This document shows positions 39,201-52,600 of a stretch of DNA of 64,000 nt, piece by piece. The DNA comes from Lytechinus pictus (taxonomy: Eukaryota). Position 1 is the first letter of the stretch; each line of letters opens with the position of its first letter. The notes beneath the pieces were generated by a model. That model worked only from the letters and a program-made list of their open reading frames with translations, did not search any database and was not told the origin of the DNA. The translations under genes and the position numbers were made by a program. The DNA is taken from assembly GCF_037042905.1 (NCBI RefSeq), contig NC_087263.1:13022001-13086000 (forward strand), written 5' to 3'.

Positions 39201-41684
39201 ACTTGGAATTATATATAAATAATTAGAAATGTTATTTTATATAATAGTAATTATTTACAAATAGAATGTAAATTATATATAAATAATAGTTATTATTTAA
39301 TGAATAATGATTATGTAACAAAAAATTGTTCTATATAATATTGGTACAATCGGCGCCTCATATGTAACGTGGGATCTAACTCAGCTCGACTCACGTTAGC
39401 TTGCTCCATGCTACCGATGCACGTCGTGTCCGACCGGGGCCGGGTCCGGCCGCCTTGGGGCCATTGCATGCAGGCATGTCCGCATTTTCAATTTCATTTT
39501 ATTTTCCCAGCGTGTTTGTCCCATTGAAGGCACCGTTAGAAAAAAAATCGCACCGAAATGAAAAAAAATCGCCAAAAATCAAAAACGCGTGTGATTACCA
39601 ACGCGACGCGAGTGATTACGAACGCGAGTGAATATAATAAGCCGAAGGAATTGCCTTCAAACACGCAAGATCCAAAATACAAGCCTTTTGACTGGTCGAA
39701 AATCGCCCGAGTTTGTCTCTTAGAGTTACGTTTGTTTACAACTCTTCCTGCTACGGCACATGAGGTTTACGATCGACTGACCTGCAATGCCCATAGTCCA
39801 GACAAAATGTTCTCCAGACTTGCTCAAAGCAGAGAACATCAAACCAAGGGAAGTGATAATAGCTCCCACGATGATTAGCTGCCTGGCTGAGAATGTCTTC
39901 ATCAGTGGTATATTTGCAATGGCTGTAATAAAATCAGAGAAGAACTAAAGATGGGTAGGCAGTAGGACTATGAAAAAAAATTATGGGGAAAGTATTATGG
40001 ATATCTGTATGTTGTCCGCTGGTTTTAGGGAAATTGGTTTTCGGTTACTATCCTGAAATTACTTATTATCCTAGTGCGTGATTTACCCATTTCTAGTATG
40101 ATCCTGTGACCATGATATCCTGCACGAATTGTCTGGCTGTAATCATGAGGATTCGTGCAACTTTCCTGACTGATTACAAGTACGCAATCCCCCCCCCCCC
40201 CCCGAACAGAAAAAAAACCGCTTGGACAATCTGCAGACATTTCTATGACTATGTTGGGAATTCAAGACTTTTTCAGGGTGGCAAAGGTTTCGCTTCAACA
40301 ACCCTCGCTCTTGTGGCGCTCGTCCTGAGCCCGGAGGGGGCACTCAGTATATAATGCATAGTGGGTATGTGCCGCGGAGGGGACCCCCATTTTTACACTC
40401 AAATTTCCGTTCCAAGGCATAACATTTTTGTCTTATTGAGAAAAAGAACAAAGAAAGCCGCTCCAAAGCAAACCATTTTCTTCTTATCGAGAAAAAAGAA
40501 GAAATCCGCTCCAAAGCTTCGCATATTTTCCGTTACGCCGTTCCGGCCGCATTGATCTGCTACAATGAGCTGCAATTTTGGTGAAAAGCGACCGCAGAGC
40601 GCTGTCCGACCATCGCCTCTGCGCTAGCGCACCCGGCGCCCGTGCCGCCGGGCTAGGTGCATGCACGTTCCATAGGGATGCATACGCACTCACACGCAGG
40701 CGACCCGTTCCAAGGACCCCCGTTTTCACAAACATTTGTAGTTCCGAAGCCCGTTCCGAGGACCCACCTTTCTACAATAAGCCCGCTCCGAGGCCCCCGT
40801 TTTTTGTCTCGCCCGCGGCACATACCTACTACTTTTTTGGTCGAGTACCCCACCCCCCCCCCCCCGGGTCCTGAGGCAGTGTACAGGGGAGAAAGCTTCT
40901 ACAACTTACCTCCTCCTAGCAAAATGTGTTTTGATACATATGCCTGTATCATGCTCGGCGAAATTTGAAGATACCATTACCTGTTTTCGTATAGCGTATA
41001 CGTGCGGCTCAGAGATCCGATCCTGAGTACTGCACATATGTCGTTGAGCAATGCATTCAATATAAAGTTGCTTTTTACCATCGTGTGTGTGTATATGTAT
41101 ACATGTATATATACACACACGATGGTAAAAAGTGTGTATATATATACATGTATATGAATCAATGAATAAAAATATGTAAGATTACTAATTGGAATGATAG
41201 GGTTATAGTGTGTGAATGTATTCTATGAACAGCTCAATCATTTTCTTTTAAAATTGTCCGTTTATTCGTCACTGTTAGGATGAATTTTGTTTGAAAATGC
41301 TTTGGCGCCAAAACAGAGTTGCAATGATGCAGTCACAACAATGAAGCCGACTTAAAACCTACCGATGGTACGTCATTAAAAATAAAGTACTGGTTCCGAT
41401 CGGTTTGGGTTTTTTTTTTGCCAATGTGACTGTGGCATAAAGTTGTAAAGATATCATCTGTATGATACCGATAATACCTCACTGTCGTTACCTAGTATAG
41501 AGCTGAGTCCATTCGATAGACCGACAGCCAAGCCAAGTATCGCCGTGGTCGTCTGCAAGTCGCGTGTCATGTCGTTGATGAAAAGACCGAAAGACTTCAC
41601 TGTACCCACCTCCAGGAACACGCCCCCGAAGGCAACGGCTAGGACGAGCCACCTCCTGGGAATCCTACATCCTGTCAAGGACAT
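36295..41684 (-). CDS. Monocarboxylate transporter family (SLC16, MFS) gene; exons 41684-41492, 39922-39782, 37501-36295; frameshift at ~37195-37270
   Basis: RRWLVLAVAF..GTVKSFGLFINDM (TM1), KTFSARQLIIVG, DYFPDNFEKVVSVILTGGGLG, EEYGWRGAMVILGAVNLN, NIVGRLVIGFISSR, GHPVGGAIMGLLYDRTKTF; GT-AG introns in phase 1. The two halves of exon 3 are in different frames, so this may be a pseudogene, null allele or sequence error. Confidence 0.85.
37612..37769. mobile_element. Palindromic MITE (related at ~2655-2815, ~3700-3868, ~47290-47435)
   Basis: ggggcctatttcataaagagttgtaactgttg / caacagttgtaactctttatgaaacgggcccc. Confidence 0.7.
37962..39635. mobile_element. Foldback element: long inverted arms around an AT-rich palindromic tandem array
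   Basis: 37962-38100 mirrors 39486-39635; 38302-38650 mirrors ~39130-39485; the centre has 31-bp units containing cattatttataaataatg. Confidence 0.85.
40330..40868. mobile_element. GC-rich MITE with CCCGG-polyG termini
   Basis: cccggaggggg ... cccccccggg flanked by the direct repeat tcctgag; subterminal IR gtatgtgccgcgg / ccgcggcacatac. Confidence 0.75.
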
Positions 41685-41984
41685 GATAGTAGATCACGTA
41701 GGTCCACCTCAGGAGTGAATGCAGCGGTGTACCTCTTTCAATCCGTAAATGAAAGTTGGTTTAGGTCATCAACGAATGCAGTGGGTGTTCTAGGTTCAAA
41801 CTTCGTTAGGGTAAATACAGATCTCTCGGAGACTGTTAAAATGAGAATCATAAACATCGTCAATTACATTACAGATGACATGGATGAGGTATAAGTAGGT
41901 CTTCTTCAGGTATGGATGTTGTGGTTTAACTTTTTTAGCGCCAGCTTGAGCACGGCTATCCTGACCAACGCTCGAGCATTCAAG

Positions 41985-42143
41985 ATATTCCTTCATACCG
42001 GATACTCATTTACTACACTTGGGTGGAGAGTGAAAAATGTAGAGGAATGCCTTGCCAAAGGATGCGAGTGCTGCGGTGGGATTTGAACCCCAGACCTTGT
42101 GGTTCAAAGTCCGGAGACTTATCCACTGAGCCACAACACCTCT
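41985..42143 (-). mobile_element. tRNA-derived SINE fragment
   Basis: Minus strand: tggctcagtgg (A box), ggttcaaatcc (B box), ctttggcaagg..ctccacccaagtgtagtaaatgagtatcc. Confidence 0.7.
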
Positions 42144-42518
42144 ACGTGATACCTCTACCTAACACGACACCTGGTAACTTTCAACTAGGATATTAGTTTT
42201 TACCGTTGATAAAGATGGCTTAGTTTATCTGCTAATGCAGTAAGTATACGAGGTTCGTACTCCGTTATAGGCGTGTTACAGTAACTGCAGATCTCTACGA
42301 GATTCTGTTGAAATCAGAATACTACAACACTGCCAATGACATTACAGATGAGATAGGCCTTCATCAAGTATGAATGCAGTTGAGTATATCACTAAACACA
42401 TATCCTGACAAGAAATTCCCGTCTTTCACGTTTCTTCTCCCCCTCTTTCCCATTTTCACCCTTTTCGACCCTCTTATCACATGTTTATTCCTTGATGTGT
42501 GTATGTAATCTTTTTTTT

Positions 42519-43266
42519 TTTGTCTCGCCTGCATAGCAGAGCGAGACTATCGGCGGCGCTTTTCCGATGGCGGCGAGGGCGGCGTCGTCAACATGAAATC
42601 TTATCCAAGGTTAACTTTTTGAAATGTCATCATAAATCAAAAAGTATATAAACTTAGTTCATGAAACTTGGACATAAGGGTAATCAAGTATTACTAAAGA
42701 TCCTTTCTGAGTTTCAGGTCACATGACCAAGGTCAAAGGTCATTTGGGGCCAAATGTTTATAGATCTAGTTGAAGAAACTTGGACATAGGGGTACTGGAG
42801 TATCAATGAACATCCTGCCTGAGTTTTGGATCGCATGGCCAAGGTCAAAAGTCATTCAGGGTCAACGAACTGTCGTCTTGTTGGGGGTAATTGGTGATTC
42901 ACCATAACAACTTTGTAAGTTTATAGATCTAGCTCATGAACTTTTTTTTCTTCCCCCCTTTTTTTTATAGCTCCGCCAATAGGGGGACCCAGGCCCCTCG
43001 CCCCCATGGATCCACCTATGTAGGACTACCCCTTCAAAGAAACAAAATAAATCAACTTTGAGCGGCCGATCAGGGAAAATATGGGTGAAAAAAAATCGGA
43101 ACCCCACTATTGGCGAAAGCTGGATCCGCCCCTGAATATAGTGTTTTATTAACATTATGAATGTTGTGTTTCTGTATAATCATTCAGTATTCATTTTCAA
43201 AGTCAGCACTGCTGGTATATTGAATCGCGTAATGCAGGCGAGACTGCCAGAGGCGTTCCACTTGTT
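42519..43266 (-). mobile_element. Second HINE-like copy, with fewer internal repeats and a nested insert at ~42940-43133
   Basis: Both ends are reverse complements of the ends of 19565-20760; inserted in a T-run. Confidence 0.75.
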
Positions 43267-43825
43267 TCCCCAACTTGTTTTATACAAGGTATATTAAAAG
43301 AACTCCGATAGAGTTAACACAAATCTCGGGAGACTCCGTCAAAAGGATACTCACTGTCAGGGACATATTACACAATATGAAGTAGTTCCTCAGGTATGAA
43401 TGCAGTGGTGTATCTCTTTAAAAGCAGAACCTGGTATCCTCACATCCTATTAAGGACACGACAATATATAAAGTTGGCTTAGCTAATCTACGAATGCAGT
43501 TACTGTAGGCCTACTTATTTCCAACTCCGTTAGGGTAAATTCTGGTGTGTGTTTCATAAAGCTGTTTCGTAAGATACGAATGACTTTACGCACGACTGCG
43601 AAGTGGTATATCCCTATATAATTATGTAATTTATTTAGGACCTCGGATCAAAGGTCTTCCTCAAGTATGAATGCAGTGGTGTACTTCCATCTCCGTCAAA
43701 TGCAGAGTGTGGTAAACAATAAAACCAAGCTAGCAGAACCTGCTAAAACGAATCCCCTTGTAAAAATCATCGACTGTATCTACCAACAGTTGCCAGTCGC
43801 ACTCTGACCTGCGCAGACCACGTGA

Positions 43826-44818
43826 CAGGGCCCTGGGAACAATTTTTTTTTTCAGTGGGGGTGCTGACATGGACTGACGTCTCTCCTCAAAGGTGGGGGG
43901 AGGACACAATTGAGTTTTCCATTGTTCTTTTATATACACACATTTGCAATATTTTTTTTTTAGACGTTCTGCCCTAAGCGATATTTGATTTTTTTTTTAA
44001 CGAAAAGGGACCTGTTATAAGGACTGTCAGCAATTACCCATGAAGACGATGCATATTTCAACAATTAAATAATGCGAGCGCGAAGCGCGAGCTGAAAAAT
44101 GTTGACATTCCGACCTAAACACTGGACATTCTAAGCACTTTTTGTAATCATGAACAGGATAGGTATATAACTATACAATTTATGCGAACGCGAAGCGCGA
44201 GCGGAAACAAAGTTGAGACTGCAGACCTAAAAACGGGACATTCTAAGCACTTTTATATTCATGAACAGGATATGTAGGCCTATATAAAAATACGTACAAT
44301 TGATGCGAGCGCGAGATTCAGACCTAAAAATGGGACACCCTATTCATGTTTTGTTAAATCAGGAAAAGGATGGGTAATTGGATATCTTCCTGCATCAATA
44401 ATATGAGCGCGAAGCGCGAGCAGATTTTTTTTTTTCATTCAGATCTGAAACGTTTTGAATAATAAAAAAAGCTGCGTATCTGAATAAACATGCGTACGCT
44501 TATTTAGATTTATGCCTAGAATCTGGGCATTCTGAATACAGTTTTATTATGAAAATCAATAATACGAACGCGAAGCACGAGCTGAAAATATTTGATATTC
44601 CGATCCGGAAAAAATTGTGATTTTAAGCACTATTTCAAGCACTGTAGGAAAATTCTGAAGGGGGAGGGGTTCCTACAAACGTTCACTTTGATTACATTTG
44701 ATCATCATACCTACCAGATTTCCAGGGGGTGCTGCCTATGGAAAATAACACACAGCACCCCAAGGAAAATTTTGGGGGTGCTTCAGCGCCCCCAGCACCC
44801 CTGCTTCCCAGGGCCATG
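43826..44818. mobile_element. hAT-like non-autonomous element with gcgagcgcgaagcgcgagc internal repeats
   Basis: TIRs cagggccctgggaa / ttcccagggccatg; perfect 8-bp TSD ccacgtga. Similar internal motifs occur in opposite orientation over ~50440-52670. Confidence 0.8.
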
Positions 44819-47800
44819 CCACGTGACTGCATATTTCGCATTTTGCCGGATCGTATGTTGGACCCATGACAGACAACGGACATGAGTGGCCGTAAGTTGA
44901 CTCCGAGGCAAACAAGTTGGGAACCCAAGGGTGTAGGATCAGGGTGAACCCCCCCCCCCCCTCCCCGCTGAGGCAGAGGAGCTTCGACACTGGCAAGCAA
45001 AACGAAATGTGCACCCCTTCTTCTGCTTTCAACAGCTGTTTTTCCAAAATTTAGTTCCACCTCCCCCGGATGTGCACCTCCCCATGCTCAAATTAGCCTA
45101 CGCCTTTGGGAACCCAATAATAACCACTTTGAATCACAGATGGATAATAAATGTATTTTTTTCTCTTAGGCTGCTAAAAGGAATGCATGTGTCTATGTAA
45201 GCTCAAGTTATTTATGTAAACGATATTATAAGCGATAGAATTGTGGTCCGTTTTAGATAGACTTTCAATCATGGTGACTTTACAAAAAGGTAACTATACC
45301 CAGGCCTGACTATACTGTATAAACTTTGATTTATATTGGCTGCCGAGTTAGTGTCAATTATGGAAAAACTTACCATAATGACCCATTGGACATTAGGCTT
45401 TAGGCTCGGCACTTAAAGGAAGTTAAGGACAAGTAAAGGTAAATATTGTCAAAGGCAATTGCCGAAATGCAGAACCGGATCCAGGACTTTCCAATGGTCG
45501 CCATTTCGGTTCAGAAAAAGTTTTTAAAAAGCTTAGAGAAAAATAATGATAATAAAAAAAAACGTCTTCACTTCCGACTTCAAATTTTCTGTGTTTGCCC
45601 CCAAAATATTCAAATACATTACCTCATATACTTAAACCATGTCCTACTGATGTGTTTAAGAAGATGAAAAATCTCATTTGATTTGATATAATTATTGCTA
45701 GTAATGTTTTGTTTTGTGTAGTTTTATTTCAAGTTTTTACCGATTGTATTTGCTTTTGTCATGTGTATAGCGCTTTGTAACTTTTGAAAAATCTCTAAAT
45801 AAGAAGCGATTATTACATTATTATATTTAATTTATTTTTACTTTTTATGGCTCTCAAGTGGGGAGGGGTGACGCACCGGATGTGTCCTTACCTTCTACTG
45901 CCACTGTTGAAATGCTTTTGAAAAAAATGAAATGGACCTTAATTTTTTTCATTATTATTATTTAACCGGGTCAGGGTTGGTCAGTGGATGAGTCAAAATA
46001 TTGGGGGGGGGGGGTGGGCAAACACGAGAATATCTAGAAGATCGCATGCTGGCGAGAAGATACTTTGACCTTTTTTTGAAAATAATATAAAGCTAATTTT
46101 GTGATAGATTTTGACAATTTCATGTAGAAAATAACATATTTTACCCTCCCCCTTCCTTTCCTTTCTTTTTCACTTTTTCCAAGGCCTTGGAACTTAGCGT
46201 TTCATGGAGAAATAAACTTTCTAAAAAAATACTTGGTGCTTTAATTAGTAAGTAAGTACGTCTTTTAATTAATTTCTGTTTTAAAGTTTAAAGTTAAGAT
46301 CGAACAGATACAGATCAACGGATGGCCGTTATCAAAATGACATAAGGCCTCAGTGGCGGATCCAAGAGGGGGGACGGCCCGTGCCCCCCCCCCCCTTTGA
46401 GAGGTACAATTAAAATTTGTAATGTAAAAATGCCTTCAAAACAGAAGTGTGCCCTTCCCCTTTTGGAAGTGAAGACCTTTTTTTCTTTTTTTGCTTGTCA
46501 AATTTTATCGTGGACGAAATCCCCTTAATTTTTGGTTAAAATATTTTTTTCTTTTTTTTTTTGCTTTTAAAATTTTTCCTCGGGAAAATCTTGGATGAAA
46601 ATGAGAGGAGAGAGGTGTGATAGAATAGAAGCAATGGAAATAGGAGAGGGGTCCACTGAAATCCCTGAAGCATCTGCTCGTATTAATGTTGTTAAAAAGA
46701 AACCTTTTTTCAAGCAATTTGTAAATGTTTCAGGCTCTGGCCATACCAATTGGCTAATATATGTATACAAATAGAAGTTCAAATTTGAACCCTCGGGGGT
46801 AAGTACAATACGTGCAAAAGCAGCAGCCCAAGGGGTGCTAATGAGTGCAATAATGATCATTTGTGTACCTTAGGGTGCAATATGCACCCTGTAGGGTGGT
46901 TCAACTCTGCACCTCGTAGGGTGCAGAGTTGAACCATGTAATAAAGGTTCAAATTTGAACCTTTTTAATGTTAAGTAATATCGACCTTAAAATGTGAAAA
47001 GTTCCACCTTTTAGTATGCAAACGTTAATTTCACGGTACAAATAATGATAAAATAAAAAAGGTGCATTTTGCACCTTTTTCCAATTAGGGTGCAAGATTA
47101 CACCCCAAAAGGTTGGTACAAGTGTTTCATTAAGGGTTCCAAAATTTCTTAGTGTGTATGAACATTATTGCAAAAAGTTGAAGGGCGCCCCTTGAATTTT
47201 CGGGGAGCGAGGGTTAACATGGAATTTATCGAGTTGATGGGCGAATTCTCCTGTCACCTTGTTGTGAGATACTACTTTATGGGTTATCAGGATCCCATTT
47301 CATAAATACTTGTCACAATAACAACAGCACACTTTCTTTAGCAAACTTACTATCGGCCAATCAGATTGAAGGATTACAGTAGCTTTTAACTGTTTATAAA
47401 TATGCTATCATAACAAGTCTTTATGAAACAGGACCAACACCATTTACGGATCCTATGTCTCTTTGTGACGTCATGATAATTGGGAAGAGATTAACGGTGT
47501 TAGATGTGGCAATTTCGGTATTTGAGATTGTACTGGTGCTTGAATCATAATTCAAATTGCCTTCCATGATAGCCTAGCATCTTATGTGAGGTTGCAACAA
47601 TAATATAAGATGGTGATGTGCGGCTAACACCAACGGTCAATGCCGAATTTGAAACCATCGATTTGAGTGTCCGATCTGCACTGTGTATTATTAGCGAGCT
47701 ATCGCAATAGCAAGGGGGCGGATTCTTGAACACAGTATAATGCATTGAATATGCCCGTCAAATCACAATGAACAGCTTAGAGGTCATTGTCGAAAGTTGA

Positions 47801-48221
47801 TGAACCGGGACAGCAGATCGTCCTAACATTCGGAGCTGTCGAAACATTGCAATTATGTCGTTTCTCTAGAGTCACAGACGAAACTGCTGTATTGATTCAC
47901 CGATTTTCGACAAACACTGCTTTGTTATGAAGGGCTTTCGACAATAGATTTTCTACGTTCCAGGAAGCGTCTGTGTAGTAGTTTCGACACAACTCCCTAT
48001 CATGGTGTCGCTAGCATGTATCGGACAATGACATGCCTAACCCCAGTCGGCTGAGGGCCGCTGATATTGCAAGATCGAAGGGAGAAACCCATGTAAAGTG
48101 TCCAATGGACTTTCAAAATAGATCCTAACCAAGTAATTAATCTCTACTCTCTAAGCGGTATAAGAGTACCCTAAACAATAAATGAACTGACAAGAAAGTA
48201 CATGTACTACTATTTTCCCTA

Positions 48222-48254
<33 letters not shown>

Positions 48255-49486
48255 TTAATAATGATAATGATAATAATAATGATAATAATTAAAAAAAAAC
48301 AATAATAATGATGATAATACAAATATTACTAAGCGCTGCATACTATCATCAAGCATTCAAAGAATTAATTCCTACCCATTTACTACACCTGGGTGGAGAG
48401 TGGCAAATGTTGATAAACGCCTTATATTCCGTTTTCATGATTTTGAGCAATAATACCCTTTTTACAGGGGCCGGGGGGGGGGGCTTAAGCCTCCAACTTT
48501 TTTTTTCAAAACCGTGAAAAAAAATGTAAAAGTTACCATCTGATTGTGATTTTTTGAATATTCAGCCCCCCTCTCCCCTTCCCCTACTTTCAAAACCGTT
48601 CTGAGGCCCCATTTCTACACACCAAGCATCACTGGGCCTTTTAAAGGATACCTCTTTTTCTTGATTTTGGAGACTTTTATACCCTTTTCACTATACGCGC
48701 GTTTTTAAGTACTTTTCTGTGCAAGAATGGTGTCCACCAAAAGGGGGGGGGGGGTGGCTGTACAACAAACATTTGAGATCAATACCAGATTTTCCAGATT
48801 AGAGATTATGATTCTGATGACTAATTGCCAGTCATGATCACGCAACCCATAAATTATTACAAACGTTTTATTTTGACTATATTTTTATTCCTTTAGTTTG
48901 TTTGATTTATTTATATTAGATAAAAAAATAAGTATCATTGTCCGGCATAAGTAAGTTTAAAATATGAAAATGAAGTGGTCATCTTTGAAAACTGTTGTAA
49001 ATCAGCTTTAATATCATCGAATTCGGATTTTTGAAATAATTTTTTATTCTTAATAACTATAACTGTACCTCTGTTGGTGTTATGCTGGAACGAAATGTCT
49101 CGTTTATATTTAGCCCGATACATTATAACTAGACACTTGTTAAACAGATGACGGTGTACTATAGTATATTATCATCATTATCGGTAATTACATAGAGCAA
49201 GCGGATTAATTGAACAAAAAAATGTTACGTAACACAGTAAATAAAAACGGGTGCAGATGTCAATTTCACGTGTTTAAAATCGTGGCTTATTCTGTTGCTG
49301 GTAAAATATTTCACTTGATTTAAGTGTCCTTGTCTCCTTCGACGGTCACAGGGATAACAATAAATCTTCCGATAAAAGAAAAAATAAGCTATTGTTTGTA
49401 AATGAATAACAGCTAGATGTGTAATGCAAACTGGTCAGAGAAAATTGCTAATTGCTAAATAATCGATTAACATTCACAGGATAATA

Positions 49487-49489
<3 letters not shown>

Positions 49490-49548
<59 letters not shown>
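49490..49548. repeat. (TA)n microsatellite
   Basis: Seen directly; other (TA)n tracts at 54102-54134, 57895-57918 and 59187-59215. Confidence 0.95.
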
Positions 49549-49552
<4 letters not shown>

Positions 49553-49667
49553 ATGCTGAAGATAATGCTTTGATTGCAAATAAATTTTTTATTGTTTATT
49601 GAGTAAACAATAAAAAATGTATTGGCAGTCAAAGCATTATTATCTTCAGCATTATTTTGTTACCTTA

Positions 49668-52600
49668 AGGCGGTTTTCCACTAGGGCGCGGACAAGACCA
49701 GGAAGGGTTGCGGAAGCAACTTTTGTCATTTCGGCATTCTGTCCGCAACCAAATTCCGTAAAAGATTATGCAAATGATCTTGTCCTAGGACACGACCAGG
49801 ACTGTCTGCGTATTGTCGTAGGACATTCATGGGACTGTCCTGGGACAAGATTATCTATATAAAACAGCATGCAGATCGTATTAGGACAGAACCGGAGACA
49901 TTTAGGACAACGTCACGAGTGGTAAATTCAAGGACTAGGACAATTAAGATATTTTTCGGACAACCTGCGAATACCCAAAGAAAAGTTATCGTTCATATAT
50001 ATATTTTTTTAATTTAGGGGTATTATTTGGGGTTGGGGTGTTTTTTTTTTTTAAGAAACCTTAATTTTGCTATTAAGTCCTAGTCCGGAGCAGGTGAGAA
50101 TAAAGAAATTCGCCATGAAAGTATGCTATTTTCAAACATATTTCGACTACAAATACTATATAGGATTTTCTTTTATTTCAAATCAAATCGCATCCATTGG
50201 TGGAAATCCCAGGGGGACAGGGGGGTGGGGGGCGCGTCCCCTCACTTTTTGGAAAGGGGGTGCACAATATTAAATGCCCCCCAGTTTTTAGAACGGACAA
50301 AAAAGAAAAACTGAAAGAAAGGAAAAAGAAAAAGAAGGGAAAAGAGAAGAGAAATTGAAGAGGAAAAAGAAGAGTAGAACGACGAGTGAATAAAATAGGA
50401 TGAGGGGAAAAAACATTTCATGTCACTAGATAAAATTTTTGCTCACGCTTTGTGCTCGCATTGCCTAATCTATGAAATACGTAACTTGCTCAATAGACTT
50501 TTGATTATATAATATTGAGCTTAAAATATCAAGTTCTGAAGTAAATATACAAAACATTTCTCGGACATTGAGCTTTCAATTGTTTGATATACAAATGGAT
50601 TTCTTTTTAGTTTTCTGTAAAATGACAATTTTATGGTCTAAATATCAACATTCTCAGCTCGCGCTGCGCGTTAGCATTATTTGATTTGTCAAGTAACTAT
50701 TCTCTTCGTGTATTCCATAAATTTTTGAAAAATATCCCTTTTCAGGCTGGTCTGATTGTGAATAGTATCAGCTAGCGCTGCGCGCTTGCATTTTGATTGG
50801 GGAGTTATGTATACCTATATCAATTATTTTGAATTCCTCTTTCATGACAGTTTATCAAAATTTTCGGCTCGCAATTTGCGCTCGCATTATTTTTGTTAAA
50901 AATATATCAACCCATGCATCCTATACATAATTACAAAATATCCAGTTTTCTGACCTTAATATCAATTTCACGCCCTCATTTGGCTTATTAGATTAATAAG
51001 TAAGATGATAATGATATCATAATAATCATTGTCCGTTTTTTTCAGAATGGAATATCGACAAGTTTCATCTCGCGCTTAGAAAGATAGTCATAATAGTTAT
51101 ATAAAGACAAAAATGTCCTTAAAATGTCCCGGTCGCAAGTCAAAATATATGTAATGATAAAAATATCAGCTTGCGCTTCGCACTCCCATCATTTATTAAG
51201 CGCGATCCATATCCAATTCGTAATTGCGCTTAAATTCACCTTTTTTTTAGATCGGAAAATCAAATAACTTTTGCTTGCGCTCTCATTATTGATATTATAG
51301 TAACAAATTGTAATTAGAATGTCCAGATTCTAGGTCTAAATCGAAACACACGCACGCATGTTTATTGAGATACGAATCTTGTTCCAGTTTCAGATCAGAT
51401 TATCAAATTATTAATGTAGGAAGATTATTCATTTATCCAATTATCCATCCTTTTCCTGATTTTCAAAACGTGAGATGTCCGGGAGATGTCCCGTTTTTAG
51501 GTGTCAATCTCAATTTCGTTTCGGCTCACGCTTCGCGCTCACATCAGGTGTATAGTCATACCCATATCCTGTTCATGATTTTAAAAAGTGCTTACAATGT
51601 CCAGTATTTAGGTCGGAATGTAAAAAAAAATTCAGCTCGCGCTTCGCGCTCGCATTATTTGATTGTTGAAATATGTAGGATAAAGGAAAGTGTGTTTGTC
51701 AATGAATTAGGTTGTGTTCACTTTTTGAAAGCAAATTTTGTGTATTTTTATACATGACAATAAATTATCTCGAATCTTGATTTTTTTCAACTAAGGTAAC
51801 TTTAAAAAGACTGCATATGTTCATAGCAAAGTCGAGGCTCCCTTTATAACATTATTTTCTAATAGTTTTTTCCACAAGTTAATACATATATTACAAAAGA
51901 GGAAGAAAATAGGAAGCCAGGATGCAACAGGACCATGCATTCGACAGGCACATTCGGATCGAGGGGCGAGGTGGTCTTGCTTCCCCCTTAAAAAAGTATA
52001 AACAGAAGTAAAATAAGTGAGAGGGAAAGGGAAACTTAAAAAAATATATGGTGGAAAAGAAAAATAAAGAGGGGTGGATGCCGTGCTGATACGGCCCTCC
52101 TCCCCATGCTGCTGGTTTACCCCTCCCAGTATTAAAAATATATACAAACAGCACAAAAGGAAATAGGAATAAACAAAGGAGATGAATGAAATGAGGTGAA
52201 AGAGAATCAATCGCGATAATGAACAGAAAATAATTGGCCGAGATTATGAATGTGTAAGATTAAAAATATCAGTTTTAATTATTTGACGAAATTGTGAAAC
52301 CAGTGTCTAATCGCCTTTGCCTCGTCTTGTACCAATTAAAATAGACTAGAAAAAAATGTAAATGGGCAATTCCAGGAGGCCGATGCGATCGCTACGCCAT
52401 ATTGGCTGCGCATAAAAAGAAAAAAAAAAGAATAACGAAAGAAGAGGGGAAAAGTGGAAGAAGAGTGAATAAATTGACAGCTAGGAGGGAAGAATTTCAG
52501 CGTTTCAGCGAGGTCATTCTGTAAAAATTAATGGTTCATTTCACTCTTCATACTTTCAATAGTTTAATTAAGAAGATTGTGCACGCTGTTCTATTTTACG

